From an uncultured Pelagibacteraceae bacterium (GTDB lineage Bacteria > Pseudomonadota > Alphaproteobacteria > Pelagibacterales > AG-422-B15), in assembly GCA_902584215.1 (NCBI GenBank), contig CACHYW010000003.1, positions 8,498 through 72,497 of the forward strand: a stretch of 64,000 bases of DNA, written 5' to 3'. The notes below the pieces were generated by a model. The model had not been told where the DNA came from. It worked only from the letters and a program-made list of their open reading frames with translations, and did not search any database. Numbering within the stretch: the first letter of the stretch is position 1; each line of letters starts with the position of its first letter. The position numbers and the translations under genes were made by a program. Shown here piece after piece: positions 10,701 to 20,354 of this stretch.

Positions 10701-11075
10701 TTAGCTAGATATTCTCTTCGATGTTACAAGCAATAAAGTAATAAGTAATATTTCAATAATAATAAATTGAGTTGCAAAGGTTGCATCATGTGCTGCCCAT
10801 GAGATCACTCTAAATAAAGCAGTAACACCTAAAAGCATCGCGGGCGCATAAAACCAAATACTTCTTAAAGTATAAGCTGCAAGAATCATCATTAAACCAA
10901 TGCAAAAAAAATAGCTTCCTACATCACCAATTAGACTACTTCGACCCAATCCTTCGGAAATTTCTAAGATACCAAAGTTAGCTCCAGCTTCGTAGGGAGA
11001 AATCACCCATAGGAGACCAATTGCGATAAACAATACCCCATTGATAGCATTTAAAACAACTAAAAATTTATTCAT
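10701..11075 (-). CDS. Small 4-TM membrane protein (DUF4345-like)
   Basis: Four hydrophobic helices, 124 aa. Confidence 0.55.
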   Translation of the reverse strand: MNKFLVVLNAINGVLFIAIGLLWVISPYEAGANFGILEISEGLGRSSLIGDVGSYFFCIGLMMILAAYTLRSIWFYAPAMLLGVTALFRVISWAAHDATFATQFIIIEILLITLLLVTSKRISS

Positions 11076-11134
11076 AATCTTTCCCCTTTAGTATTATTAA
11101 ATAATGTTTATTTTAATTATAATCAATAATAAGG

Positions 11135-11246
11135 TTCAATATGGAAGTTAAAAATAAGATATATTCCAGTAAAGATCAGATGCGGGGATTTTTTTGAAAC
11201 TGCAACTGACAATGAATCACTCTATATGGTTAACTTCCATATTGAA
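11135..11246. repeat. Perfect 17-bp inverted repeat pair (TTCAATATGGAAGTTAA ... TTAACTTCCATATTGAA)
   Basis: 11135-11151 is the exact reverse complement of 11230-11246. Confidence 0.9.
11141..11237 (+). pseudogene. Frameshifted, truncated 5' fragment of a DUF1330-like gene
   Basis: Reads MEVKNKIYSSKDQMRGFF, then after removing one T from a T7 run, ETATDNESLYMVNF; resembles the N-terminus (..YMVNLLKF) of marine DUF1330 proteins. Confidence 0.55.
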
Positions 11247-11259
11247 ACTAAAGAAATAA

Positions 11260-11946
11260 ATGATTGAACTATATACTTCGCCTACACCAAATGGATATAA
11301 GATTTCTGTCGCATTAGAGGAACTTGAAATACCTTACAATGTTCACGTTGTTAATTTGCAAGCTGGAGATCAAAAAAAACCTGAATTCTTAGCAATGAAT
11401 CCAAATGGACGCATTCCTGTGATTGTTGATATAGAAAATAATAATCTTTCAATTATGGAAAGTGGTGCTCAACTTATTTATTTAGCTGAGAAAGCAGGAA
11501 AACTTCTACCTACCGAAACAACTGCTCGTTCTAAAGTGATTCAATGGTTGATGTTTCAAATGGGTGGTATTGGCCCAATGATGGGACAAGCTAATGTTTT
11601 TTTTCGGTATTGGCCTGGCGATAAAATCCAAGCCGCTGTGGATCGTTATCAAAATGAAGGTCGACGATTATTTGAGGTAATGGAAACACGCTTAAAGGAT
11701 AATGAATTTTTAGCGGATGATTTTAGTATTGCTGATATTGCTAACTGGTGCTGGGTACGAACATATAAGTGGTCAGGTATCAAAATAGATGGCCTGACAG
11801 GTCTTAAAAGATGGATGCAAATGATGGAAGATCGACCGGCATGTAAAAAAGGTGTAGCTGTTCCAATTGATATTATGGAGTTGATGAGAAATATGAAACA
11901 ATCAAAAGACTTAACGGACACAGGTTCGAAAATTATACAGAAATAG
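11260..11946 (+). CDS. Glutathione S-transferase, YfcG/Nu-class
   Basis: TPNG motif, NPNGRIP, ESGA, SIADIA. Confidence 0.9.
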   Translation: MIELYTSPTPNGYKISVALEELEIPYNVHVVNLQAGDQKKPEFLAMNPNGRIPVIVDIENNNLSIMESGAQLIYLAEKAGKLLPTETTARSKVIQWLMFQMGGIGPMMGQANVFFRYWPGDKIQAAVDRYQNEGRRLFEVMETRLKDNEFLADDFSIADIANWCWVRTYKWSGIKIDGLTGLKRWMQMMEDRPACKKGVAVPIDIMELMRNMKQSKDLTDTGSKIIQK

Positions 11947-11955
11947 ATAGATATT

Positions 11956-12993
11956 ATGAATTTACCAAATCCCTTAGTAGTACTTGGCGGAGTGGGGTCA
12001 CCTTATACTCGCAAAATGCTCTCCTACCTACGATATAAAAGAATTTCCCATAAAATGATCTGGGGAGACCCTTCAAAATATCTAGATCAGGAAGGAATAG
12101 AAAAACCAAAACCTAGTTTGCTGCCAACATTTGTGTTGCCTGATGAAGATGGAAATTTGAAAGCAGTAACTGACTCCACTCCATTGATAAGAAGGATTGA
12201 TAAAGAGGTCAGTGAACGAAGTACGATACCATCTGACCCCGCCCTTGCGTTCATTAATTATCTAATAGAAGATTTTGCCGATGAGTGGGGTACTAAATAT
12301 ATGTTTCATTATCGATGGCACGATCAAAAAGATGCAAATAATGCAGGTACTATTTTACCACTTCAGACTATAGGAATGATGCCAGATGACATGCTAAAAA
12401 ATGTTAGAGAAATGATCAGTAAAAGGCAAATTGACAGATTGTGGGTAGTGGGCTCAAACAATGATACAGCACCAATAATAGATGCAAGTTTAAGGCGCTT
12501 ATTAGTTATTCTTGAAAAGCATTTTGCATCCGCATCTTACCTACTTAGTAAAAGACCTTCTTCCAGCGATTTTGCTTTATATGGTCAACTGTCTCAGCTT
12601 GTTAACTTTGATCCAACTCCCAGAGAAATTTGCCATGAGGTGTCTTTGAGAACAGTTGCATGGGTTGGTTTAATTGAAGATCAGTCTGGCATTGAAGTTA
12701 CCGATGAACAATGGGGATCAATTGAAAGTTTACCATCGACAGTAAAAGATTTACTTATTGAAATTGGAAATGGGTATGTGCCTGCACAATTAGCAAATGC
12801 AAAAGCTATAGAAAATGGTGATAAAGAATGGGAAACAGAAATCGATAATTGCATTTGGAAGCAAAAATCGTTTCCCTACCAGGCAAAGTGTCTTAAATGG
12901 ATTAATGAAGAATATAGTGCACTTGAGAAAAATGATCAAAAAAAAGTCAATAACCTGCTTGATGGCACAGGATGTGAAAGGTTAATATTATAA
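11956..12993 (+). CDS. Glutathione S-transferase family protein (long type)
   Basis: GSPYTRK, DSTP, EDFADEW, RPSSSDFALYG. Confidence 0.78.
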   Translation: MNLPNPLVVLGGVGSPYTRKMLSYLRYKRISHKMIWGDPSKYLDQEGIEKPKPSLLPTFVLPDEDGNLKAVTDSTPLIRRIDKEVSERSTIPSDPALAFINYLIEDFADEWGTKYMFHYRWHDQKDANNAGTILPLQTIGMMPDDMLKNVREMISKRQIDRLWVVGSNNDTAPIIDASLRRLLVILEKHFASASYLLSKRPSSSDFALYGQLSQLVNFDPTPREICHEVSLRTVAWVGLIEDQSGIEVTDEQWGSIESLPSTVKDLLIEIGNGYVPAQLANAKAIENGDKEWETEIDNCIWKQKSFPYQAKCLKWINEEYSALEKNDQKKVNNLLDGTGCERLIL

Positions 12994-12995
12994 TT

Positions 12996-13637
12996 ATGAA
13001 AGTGGATTTATATTTCTCTTTTAGAAGTCCCTATTCGTATTTAATTTTGCCACGCATGGTTGAATTGAGGGATAAACATGAGGTAGATGTTAATTTTAAG
13101 CAAGTTTACCCTCTTGCAATAAGGGAACCAGAATTTTTTAAAGGTAAAAATCTCTTTACTTACTTTTTAATCAGAAGAATTGATTATGTCAGACAAGCAA
13201 AAAAAAATAATATGGTTTTTGCTAAACCAAATCCTGATCCGATTAATCAAAACTTGGTGACTGGAAAAATTTCTGACCATCAGCCTTATATTTTTAAATT
13301 AGCCCATTATTGTCAAGCTATTCAAAAAGATAAGCAGCTTGATTTTGCCGTTGTGGTTTCAAATAAAATATGGAGCGGTCTTAAGAACTGGAATACAGAT
13401 GAGTCAATAGCTGATGCTACTTTAAAAGTTGGACTGAAGTTTGAAGATATTGAAAAAATACGTATCGAAAATGAACAAGAGTTAATTGATGAAATTAAGT
13501 TAAATCAAAAAGAACAGCTAGAAGCGGGACATCATGGAGTTCCTCTATCTGTTTACAAAGATAAATTCTTTTTTGGCCAAGACCGTTTTGATGATCTGGT
13601 TAGTGAATTAAAAAAAGATGGATTAGTAATCAGCTGA
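12996..13637 (+). CDS. DsbA-like kappa-class GST / 2-hydroxychromene-2-carboxylate isomerase family
   Basis: FSFRSPYSY, GVP, FFGQDR. Confidence 0.85.
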   Translation: MKVDLYFSFRSPYSYLILPRMVELRDKHEVDVNFKQVYPLAIREPEFFKGKNLFTYFLIRRIDYVRQAKKNNMVFAKPNPDPINQNLVTGKISDHQPYIFKLAHYCQAIQKDKQLDFAVVVSNKIWSGLKNWNTDESIADATLKVGLKFEDIEKIRIENEQELIDEIKLNQKEQLEAGHHGVPLSVYKDKFFFGQDRFDDLVSELKKDGLVIS

Positions 13638-13672
13638 TAAGAAACAAAGGATTTCCTGAGCTACAATTTATA

Positions 13673-14545
13673 CTATTGTGCTGATATTCCTCTTATTCTC
13701 TCAGATCTTCTTCGTAATAATTCTGTTACGATCAGAATTAATGTTGAAAGAACAATTAAGCAAGTAGCTACAGCCATAATCGTTGGACTAAGCTGTTCTC
13801 TTAATCCTGTCCACATCTGAAGAGGTATAGTTGTTAAGTTCCTATCGCCCCCAGCAACGAATAAGATTACTACTATTTCATCAAATGATGTAACGAATGC
13901 AAAGAGTGCACCTGAAATAATTCCTGGTGTAATAAGAGGTAATGTAATTTTAAAAAATGTATTGGTTGGTGTACTACCAAGACTTGAAGCAGCTCTTGTA
14001 ATACTGTCATCAAAACCACTTAAGGTAGCAGTTACAGTAATGACAACAAATGGAGTTCCTAAAATTATATGCGCTATGACTATGCCAGGAAACGTTGCTG
14101 CAAGACCTAATTTAGCAAGTGAAAAGAAGATTGCTGAGCCAGAAATGATAAGGGGGATGATCATTGGTGAAATTAAAATACTCATGATCAATTGTTTGTA
14201 AGGCATGTAACGACTGCTGAGCCCAAGAGCAGCAACAGTCCCTAAAACTGTAGCACCTATCGTTGCGAAAAAGGCATAATAGATGCTGTTCCGAGCAGCT
14301 ATTCCCCATGGATTTTTGGTACCATAGACCATATCTTCATACCATCTAAGCGAGAATGCTTCAGGTTGAAGTGCTAGCATCCCATCAGAAAAATGAATGT
14401 ATTGCTCAGCATTAAATGAAAGTGGAATGATGACAAATAGTGGAGCAATTAGAAAAAAGAAAACGGCAGTACAAATAATTATATATGAGTAGTGCCAGAC
14501 CCTGTATCTTGTTTCAGTATATTTAGGTAAAGCCATCTTATCCAA
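13673..14545 (-). CDS. Polyamine-type ABC transporter permease (PotC-like)
   Basis: EAA-like loop RAASSLG, FVTSFDE. Confidence 0.88.
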   Translation of the reverse strand: MDKMALPKYTETRYRVWHYSYIIICTAVFFFLIAPLFVIIPLSFNAEQYIHFSDGMLALQPEAFSLRWYEDMVYGTKNPWGIAARNSIYYAFFATIGATVLGTVAALGLSSRYMPYKQLIMSILISPMIIPLIISGSAIFFSLAKLGLAATFPGIVIAHIILGTPFVVITVTATLSGFDDSITRAASSLGSTPTNTFFKITLPLITPGIISGALFAFVTSFDEIVVILFVAGGDRNLTTIPLQMWTGLREQLSPTIMAVATCLIVLSTLILIVTELLRRRSERIRGISAQ

Positions 14546-15785
14546 GCCTCATGTTATCTATACCGACGATCCTATTGTAAAGCCAATAAACTATTAACAC
14601 AGCTACCAATAAAACAGCTGCCATAGCTGTTGCTAGAGACCAGTCAAGTGATTGCTGCATGTGGTATGCAATTCTATTACTGATTAATGTTCCTTTAGCA
14701 CCCCCAACTAATGCAGGAGTGATGTAATATCCAATAGAAAGAACAAAAACTAAAATCGATCCTGCACTTATACCAGCATATGTAAGTGGGAAGTAAATTT
14801 TTCTAAATGCAAGAAAAGGTGTAGCCCCCATCGAAGTTGCTGCTCTCATTAAGCTTGGCGGTATTGTTTTCATAACGCTATAGAGTGGAAGAACCATAAA
14901 TGGCAATAGAATTTGTGTCATCGCAATAAATGTACCAGTCATATTATACATAAGTTCAAGCCTTCCTTCGTCTGCAACGATACCGAGAGAAACAAGAGTA
15001 TCATTTAAGACTCCCTGTTTTTGGAGCAGGACCATCCAACTAGATGTTCGCACTAGAAGAGATGTCCAAAATGGAAGCAGTACACAGATCATCAGTAAAT
15101 TTGAATATCGAGTTGGTAAAACTGAAAGCAAATGTGATATAGGGTATGCAAGCAAGAAACAGCAGAACGTAACACCAGCTGCAACAAAAATAGTTCTTAA
15201 CCAAAGAGTAACATTTATTCGTTTCTTTTCAGGTATTCGCTCAATCGAACCGTCAAATTTTTGTTCATAGTCAAACGTCGTTAAATATTTTCGAAAATGA
15301 TACGCATCCGTTCCTCTTTTTAGGGCAAGCCAGTACTCAATATCACCCCATTTTTTATGAACATCAATAAACTGATCAAGAAAATTTCCATTTTCATCAA
15401 AATCTTTAAGTTTTCTTGCTGTTTTTTTTATAAGGCTTGTGAAACCTCCTTTTTCATAATTGAGTCTTGTCGCTATTTTACCGTGATTTTTTTCTTCTAC
15501 TAATCCTTTGAGTTCATAAAAGAAAGTTGAGGTTACATTTTCCCCGGGCATTTCAGTCCCATCCCAAGTTTGCATAACTTCATGAGTTTCACTTAAAAAT
15601 TCATTCATCTGAACGTTATCAATGCTTCTTCCAAGCATTTGAAATATCGGTATCACGTAGGCAAAAACGATAAAGAAAAGCAAGGGAGCAGCCAATAAGA
15701 ACGCTGTAGTTCTTCGTCTTCGTTCAACTTTTCTGAGTTTTACAGAGAGGAGTTCTCCGTCCGATGTTCTAATTTCTGCTGACAT
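14538..15785 (-). CDS. Polyamine-type ABC transporter permease (PotB-like)
   Basis: LPFWTSLLVR, LPFMVLPLY, GYYITPALVGG. Confidence 0.88.
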   Translation of the reverse strand: MSAEIRTSDGELLSVKLRKVERRRRTTAFLLAAPLLFFIVFAYVIPIFQMLGRSIDNVQMNEFLSETHEVMQTWDGTEMPGENVTSTFFYELKGLVEEKNHGKIATRLNYEKGGFTSLIKKTARKLKDFDENGNFLDQFIDVHKKWGDIEYWLALKRGTDAYHFRKYLTTFDYEQKFDGSIERIPEKKRINVTLWLRTIFVAAGVTFCCFLLAYPISHLLSVLPTRYSNLLMICVLLPFWTSLLVRTSSWMVLLQKQGVLNDTLVSLGIVADEGRLELMYNMTGTFIAMTQILLPFMVLPLYSVMKTIPPSLMRAATSMGATPFLAFRKIYFPLTYAGISAGSILVFVLSIGYYITPALVGGAKGTLISNRIAYHMQQSLDWSLATAMAAVLLVAVLIVYWLYNRIVGIDNMRLG

Positions 15786-15812
15786 TAAGTATGAGGATAC
15801 TTAATTTAAAGG

Positions 15813-15840
15813 ACTTGGGCAACCCATTGGTTGCCCAAGT
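15813..15840 (-). terminator. Stem-loop downstream of the solute-binding protein gene (partial terminator / mRNA stabiliser)
   Basis: Perfect 12-bp stem ACTTGGGCAACC / GGTTGCCCAAGT with a 4-nt loop. Confidence 0.7.
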
Positions 15841-15849
15841 TTTAGTCTC

Positions 15850-16971
15850 TTATAAGTTAGCTTTCCAAGCTTCCCATGCGTCGTTGATATCAGTATTGTT
15901 ATCAGCGTACCACTCTGGGTTCATAAGAACATAGTTCTTAGTGTTTGCTGGAGCTGTAGGCATGTGAGGCATAATCTCAACTGCACCTGCTTGAGGTGAA
16001 TTAAACCACGGCTCATCAGCCATGATTATGTCAAGAGATGAGATTCTGAAAGGTGCGTAAGCAATATGCTTTGCACTTCCAGCCAATCCTTCAGAGCTTG
16101 TGAAGTATTTCAATGCTTCCATTGCTTCAGCTTGGTTAGGACCACCTTCTACAAGTACGAAGTACTCATAATCAAGAATTTGACCATCCCAAACCATTTT
16201 CATTGGCGAACCTTCGTTCACAATGGCGTTGAAATGACGTCCGTTCCAACCAGTAGCCATAATAGCTTCACCAGAAACTAACTGCTCAGGTGGTTGTGCA
16301 CCAGCTGACCAGAAGATGCAACCGCCATTAGGGTCGTTACAAAGTTCTGAAAGTTTATCAAGAGCTCTATCGATTCCATTTTCTTCCATGTAGTCATACA
16401 CTTCACTTCCTGGAACACCATCTGCAACTAGTGCAAACTCAAGGTTTGACATGGCAGAGCTATAAAGAGATCTTACTCCTGGATATTTGCTTGGATTGAA
16501 GAAGTCTTCCATTGAGTCAGGATAACTTCCGTCAAAATTTATGTTATCAGTGTTGTAAGCGTAGTTCCATGAGTAAAGAATGTTACCCACAGCACAGTCA
16601 CTTGGCATTGGAGCAAAGAAATCATCACTTGCTTTCATACCATTTACACCTGCTGGGAAGTCATTGTCGAAATCAAATTCTACAAACAATCCTTCGTCAC
16701 AACCGATAATTGTATCACGTGCATACACATCGATGATGTCCCAAGTAATTGCTCCAGACTCGACTTGAGCTTTAATTTCACTCAAACCTCCACTGTAGTC
16801 AATCCAGTTTATTTGAACACCACTCTTCTCTTGATATGGGTCCCCATAACCGAGTTTTTGACTTTCAGTATAAGCACCACCCCATGATACTACATTTACT
16901 TCCGCAGCTGTAGCCATTGTAGGTGCCACCAATAAAGCAGCCAAAGACATTATTTTTGTTAATCTTAACAT
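15850..16971 (-). CDS. ABC transporter solute-binding protein, PotD/PotF-like
   Basis: Signal peptide, VSWGGAY, LEFALVADGV, WNGR. Confidence 0.88.
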   Translation of the reverse strand: MLRLTKIMSLAALLVAPTMATAAEVNVVSWGGAYTESQKLGYGDPYQEKSGVQINWIDYSGGLSEIKAQVESGAITWDIIDVYARDTIIGCDEGLFVEFDFDNDFPAGVNGMKASDDFFAPMPSDCAVGNILYSWNYAYNTDNINFDGSYPDSMEDFFNPSKYPGVRSLYSSAMSNLEFALVADGVPGSEVYDYMEENGIDRALDKLSELCNDPNGGCIFWSAGAQPPEQLVSGEAIMATGWNGRHFNAIVNEGSPMKMVWDGQILDYEYFVLVEGGPNQAEAMEALKYFTSSEGLAGSAKHIAYAPFRISSLDIIMADEPWFNSPQAGAVEIMPHMPTAPANTKNYVLMNPEWYADNNTDINDAWEAWKANL

Positions 16972-17093
16972 GATTAATCGTCTCCTTTTTTTATATAAAG
17001 AAGATATTACACAGGGGCTTTAACAAAAACGCAACAAAAAAAGGTAAATTTTTTCAATATTTTAGAATTGAATCTATATGTAGTATCAAAGGT

Positions 17094-18182
17094 TTAGTAA
17101 TCTAGTGCTCGACAGTCCTGAGAAGACCAACCTAAATTCACTTTGTCACCAAGATTAAGCTTTGAATTACTGCTCGCGTTTGGAACTTTAAGAATAAATT
17201 CATCATTACCCAGTAAATTTACACGTACCCTTGTATGATCTCCATGGTAAATAATTTCTTTTATTTCAGCTTCAAATCGATTTTCAATTTGCTCAGTCGG
17301 ATTTATGTTAACCCTTTCAGGTCTAAGTGAAATTCTTGATTTTTCACCAGCAGAAGATACCGCTATTGGGTTAGCAATTATTATCTCACCAGTACTAGTC
17401 TCAATTTTCGCAAAACCGGAAGCTAGTTCTTTTACAGTCCCAGTAAAAGTATTGTTTTCTCCAATAAAGCTAGCAACAAAAGAATTAACCGGTGTTTCAT
17501 ACAATTCATTTGGGCCAGAAAGCTGTTGAACCTTACCGTCATTAAAAACAGCAATTCTGTTAGACATAGTTAACGCTTCACCTTGATCGTGAGTAACATA
17601 TACGACTGTGACACCCAGTGTTTCATGAATATGCTTTAATTCGTATTGCATGCTCTCACGCAAGTTTTTGTCTAATGCACCTAAAGGTTCATCCATTAAA
17701 ACTAATTTAGGATCAAATACCAATGCTCTTGCAACAGCAACGCGTTGCTGTTGACCGCCAGATAATTGTGCAGGCATTCTATTTTCAAAGCCCGTTAGCG
17801 AAACCATTTTTAAGGTTTTATTTATACGTTCTTCGATTTCTGCCTTATCAATTTTTCTAACTTTTAAGGGAAATGCTAAATTTTCAAATACTGATAGATG
17901 AGGAAAAAGAGCGTAGTTTTGAAAGACCATACCAATACCCCTTTTGTGAGGAGGAATATTATTGATTGGATTGCCATCAAAATAAATCTCTCCATTGGTT
18001 GGGGTCTCAAATCCTGCAAGCATCATTAATGTAGTTGTTTTACCGGAACCTGAAGGCCCTAATAAAGTTAAAAACTCCCCTTCAGCAATATCAAGGTCTA
18101 GACCTTTTACGACCAGTTCTTTACCGTCATAACTTTTGTCAACTTGTTCAAATTTTACAAAATCTGACTTTTTTCCACTCAT
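17094..18182 (-). CDS. ABC transporter ATP-binding protein (PotA-like)
   Basis: GPSGSGKT, LSGGQQQR, DEPLGALD, C-terminal TOBE region. Confidence 0.93.
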   Translation of the reverse strand: MSGKKSDFVKFEQVDKSYDGKELVVKGLDLDIAEGEFLTLLGPSGSGKTTTLMMLAGFETPTNGEIYFDGNPINNIPPHKRGIGMVFQNYALFPHLSVFENLAFPLKVRKIDKAEIEERINKTLKMVSLTGFENRMPAQLSGGQQQRVAVARALVFDPKLVLMDEPLGALDKNLRESMQYELKHIHETLGVTVVYVTHDQGEALTMSNRIAVFNDGKVQQLSGPNELYETPVNSFVASFIGENNTFTGTVKELASGFAKIETSTGEIIIANPIAVSSAGEKSRISLRPERVNINPTEQIENRFEAEIKEIIYHGDHTRVRVNLLGNDEFILKVPNASSNSKLNLGDKVNLGWSSQDCRALDY

Positions 18183-18301
18183 GATTTCAGACTAAGGCAA
18201 AAATAGTTGGGAATCTAGGGTTATTTAAACTAAATTAATTACAGATAAAAATTATAATAAAGTTCGTTAATTTGCCAAAACAAGATATTACAAAGTATTA
18301 A

Positions 18302-19735
18302 ATGAAAAAATATCAACATTACATAAATGGAGAGTGGGTTGATTCTACAGGAAATGAAATTATTGCCGTTGTCAATCCTGCGACAGAAGAAGTAATAGGA
18401 GAAATTTCGGCTGCTAATAAAAATGATATTGATTTGGCTGTTGCAGCGGCAAAAGTAGCTTATGAGTCACGAGTGCTTGTCGATATGAATCCTATGGAGA
18501 GAGCAAAGTTAATGCGTAGCGTAGCTGATGAATTAAGAAAGATTAGCAAAGACGGTGGCGCATTACTGTGTGAAGAAAATGGAAAATTATTGGCTGCGTC
18601 TGAGTATGAATTTTTGGATGCGGCAAACTATTTTGACTATTACAGTGGATTGACTGATAAAATTGAAGGTCAAACCATACCAGTAAATAATCAAGTGATG
18701 GATTACACTTTGTATGAACCTTATGGTGTTTCAGGTCATATTGTTCCTTGGAATTTTCCAATTTCAATGTTGGCACGTTCTCTGGCCTGTTCATTTGCTG
18801 CTGGAAATTCAACAGTCATAAAACCAGCTGAGCTAACTCCTTTAGCAACAACCTCATTTTTTGCGCAGGCTGTTCACAATGCAGGCGTACCGAAGGGACT
18901 CATTAACATAGTCACTGGATACGGCGTTGAAGCAGGAGCTGCTTTGACATCAAATCAAGATGTTGCTCAAATCACATTCACGGGATCTGTGAAAACTGGA
19001 AAGACAATACTGCATGCAGCCGCTGAAAGAGCTGTGCCAGCTGTAGTCGAGCTAGGTGGAAAATCAGCCGCTGTTGTGCTACCTGATGCTGATATTAATA
19101 AAGTTGTTAATGCAACAAAAGTTGGAATATTTAGTCAGGCGGGACAAATATGTTCTGCAATGTCACGCATGATTGTCCATAAATCAATTAAAGATGAGGT
19201 ATTAGATAGACTATCGGAATTAGCTAAATCAATAAAAGTTGGACCAGGTAATGAAGAAGGCGTTGACTTAACACCTGTGATATCAGAGGAACAACTTCAA
19301 AAAGTAGAAAACTATGCAAGATCAGGTTTACAAGCTGGAGCCACAGCAATATCCGGAGGTAATCGAGTTGATCGTAAAGGATATTTCTTTGAGCCAACAA
19401 TTTATGCTGATGTGAAGCCAGATATGACTATTGCTCAAGAAGAAATTTTTGGTCCATTCCTATCTGTGCTTGAATATGAAGATCATGAAGAAGCAGTTCA
19501 TATTGCAAATGATACAGACTATGGTTTAGCGGCGGGCGTATTTACTAAAGATGTTGATATGGCAACGAAAACAGCAGCTAAGCTTAATGGCGGACAAGTT
19601 TATGTGAACAGTTGGTTTACGGGAAGTATCGCAACTCCTTTTGGAGGTTATAAGCAATCAGGCTACAGTCGTGAAAAAGGTCAGCAAGCTATAAAGAGCT
19701 ATTTGCAATTAAAAAATGTTGGAATTCAACTTTAA
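18302..19735 (+). CDS. Aldehyde dehydrogenase
   Basis: PWNFP, FTGS, ELGGK, GQICSA, EEIFGP, PFGGYKQSG. Confidence 0.95.
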   Translation: MKKYQHYINGEWVDSTGNEIIAVVNPATEEVIGEISAANKNDIDLAVAAAKVAYESRVLVDMNPMERAKLMRSVADELRKISKDGGALLCEENGKLLAASEYEFLDAANYFDYYSGLTDKIEGQTIPVNNQVMDYTLYEPYGVSGHIVPWNFPISMLARSLACSFAAGNSTVIKPAELTPLATTSFFAQAVHNAGVPKGLINIVTGYGVEAGAALTSNQDVAQITFTGSVKTGKTILHAAAERAVPAVVELGGKSAAVVLPDADINKVVNATKVGIFSQAGQICSAMSRMIVHKSIKDEVLDRLSELAKSIKVGPGNEEGVDLTPVISEEQLQKVENYARSGLQAGATAISGGNRVDRKGYFFEPTIYADVKPDMTIAQEEIFGPFLSVLEYEDHEEAVHIANDTDYGLAAGVFTKDVDMATKTAAKLNGGQVYVNSWFTGSIATPFGGYKQSGYSREKGQQAIKSYLQLKNVGIQL

Positions 19736-20350
19736 TTAATCATTATCTTTAAGGCCAGCTCCCGCAGCTGTGCTCTTTAATTTTTCATTTTCTTCTACAA
19801 AAGTATCTGTTGATAATTCATACAACTCATCCCAAACCTCTTGAGAAAATGAATCCTCATTTTCAAAAACTTCTATTTTAACGTTTTTTGCATTCTCTAA
19901 TATCAATGAATTAGTATCACTATTACTAAAAATGTACTTATCTAAATTAAATTTAAAATTGTATTCGTCAATCTCAATGCTGATTCTTTTCCCAATAAGA
20001 AATGAAAGTCTACTTATGAAAGGGATCATAAGAAGAGGGAAGCTAACATTATAAAAATTAATTTCTTTTAAAATTTCTATATTTTTAAAATCATCTATCA
20101 GACATACTCCTGTTAGAATAGGACAAAGATTTTCATTATCTATTTTGTTTTGGGATTTTATGACATTAGGGCCAAATGGTGTTTTAGTTTTTATATCACT
20201 TAAATAGGATTTTAAATTTTGAATACCAGCAATTCCTATTAATTCTAATACATCTATATTTTTTCCAACTTCTTCAGCTACGCCCCACGAGTATCCTGCA
20301 GCTTTAGTAGCTCTTTTTGAAACTGTAATGATTTCGCTCGAGGACCTCAT
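19736..20350 (-). CDS. DUF3726-like protein
   Basis: GYSWGVAEE N-terminus and AAGAGLKDND C-terminus. Confidence 0.72.
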   Translation of the reverse strand: MRSSSEIITVSKRATKAAGYSWGVAEEVGKNIDVLELIGIAGIQNLKSYLSDIKTKTPFGPNVIKSQNKIDNENLCPILTGVCLIDDFKNIEILKEINFYNVSFPLLMIPFISRLSFLIGKRISIEIDEYNFKFNLDKYIFSNSDTNSLILENAKNVKIEVFENEDSFSQEVWDELYELSTDTFVEENEKLKSTAAGAGLKDND

Positions 20351-20354
20351 GGAA

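Noticed and set aside
11135..11246. MITE or IS remnant
   Set aside because: No target-site duplication, no second copy noticed, no transposase in the window; the interior reads as a gene fragment.
15813..15840. Third copy of the CCCA-N3-TGGG motif
   Set aside because: Only superficially similar (CCCATTGG); explained as an RNA stem-loop after the binding-protein gene.
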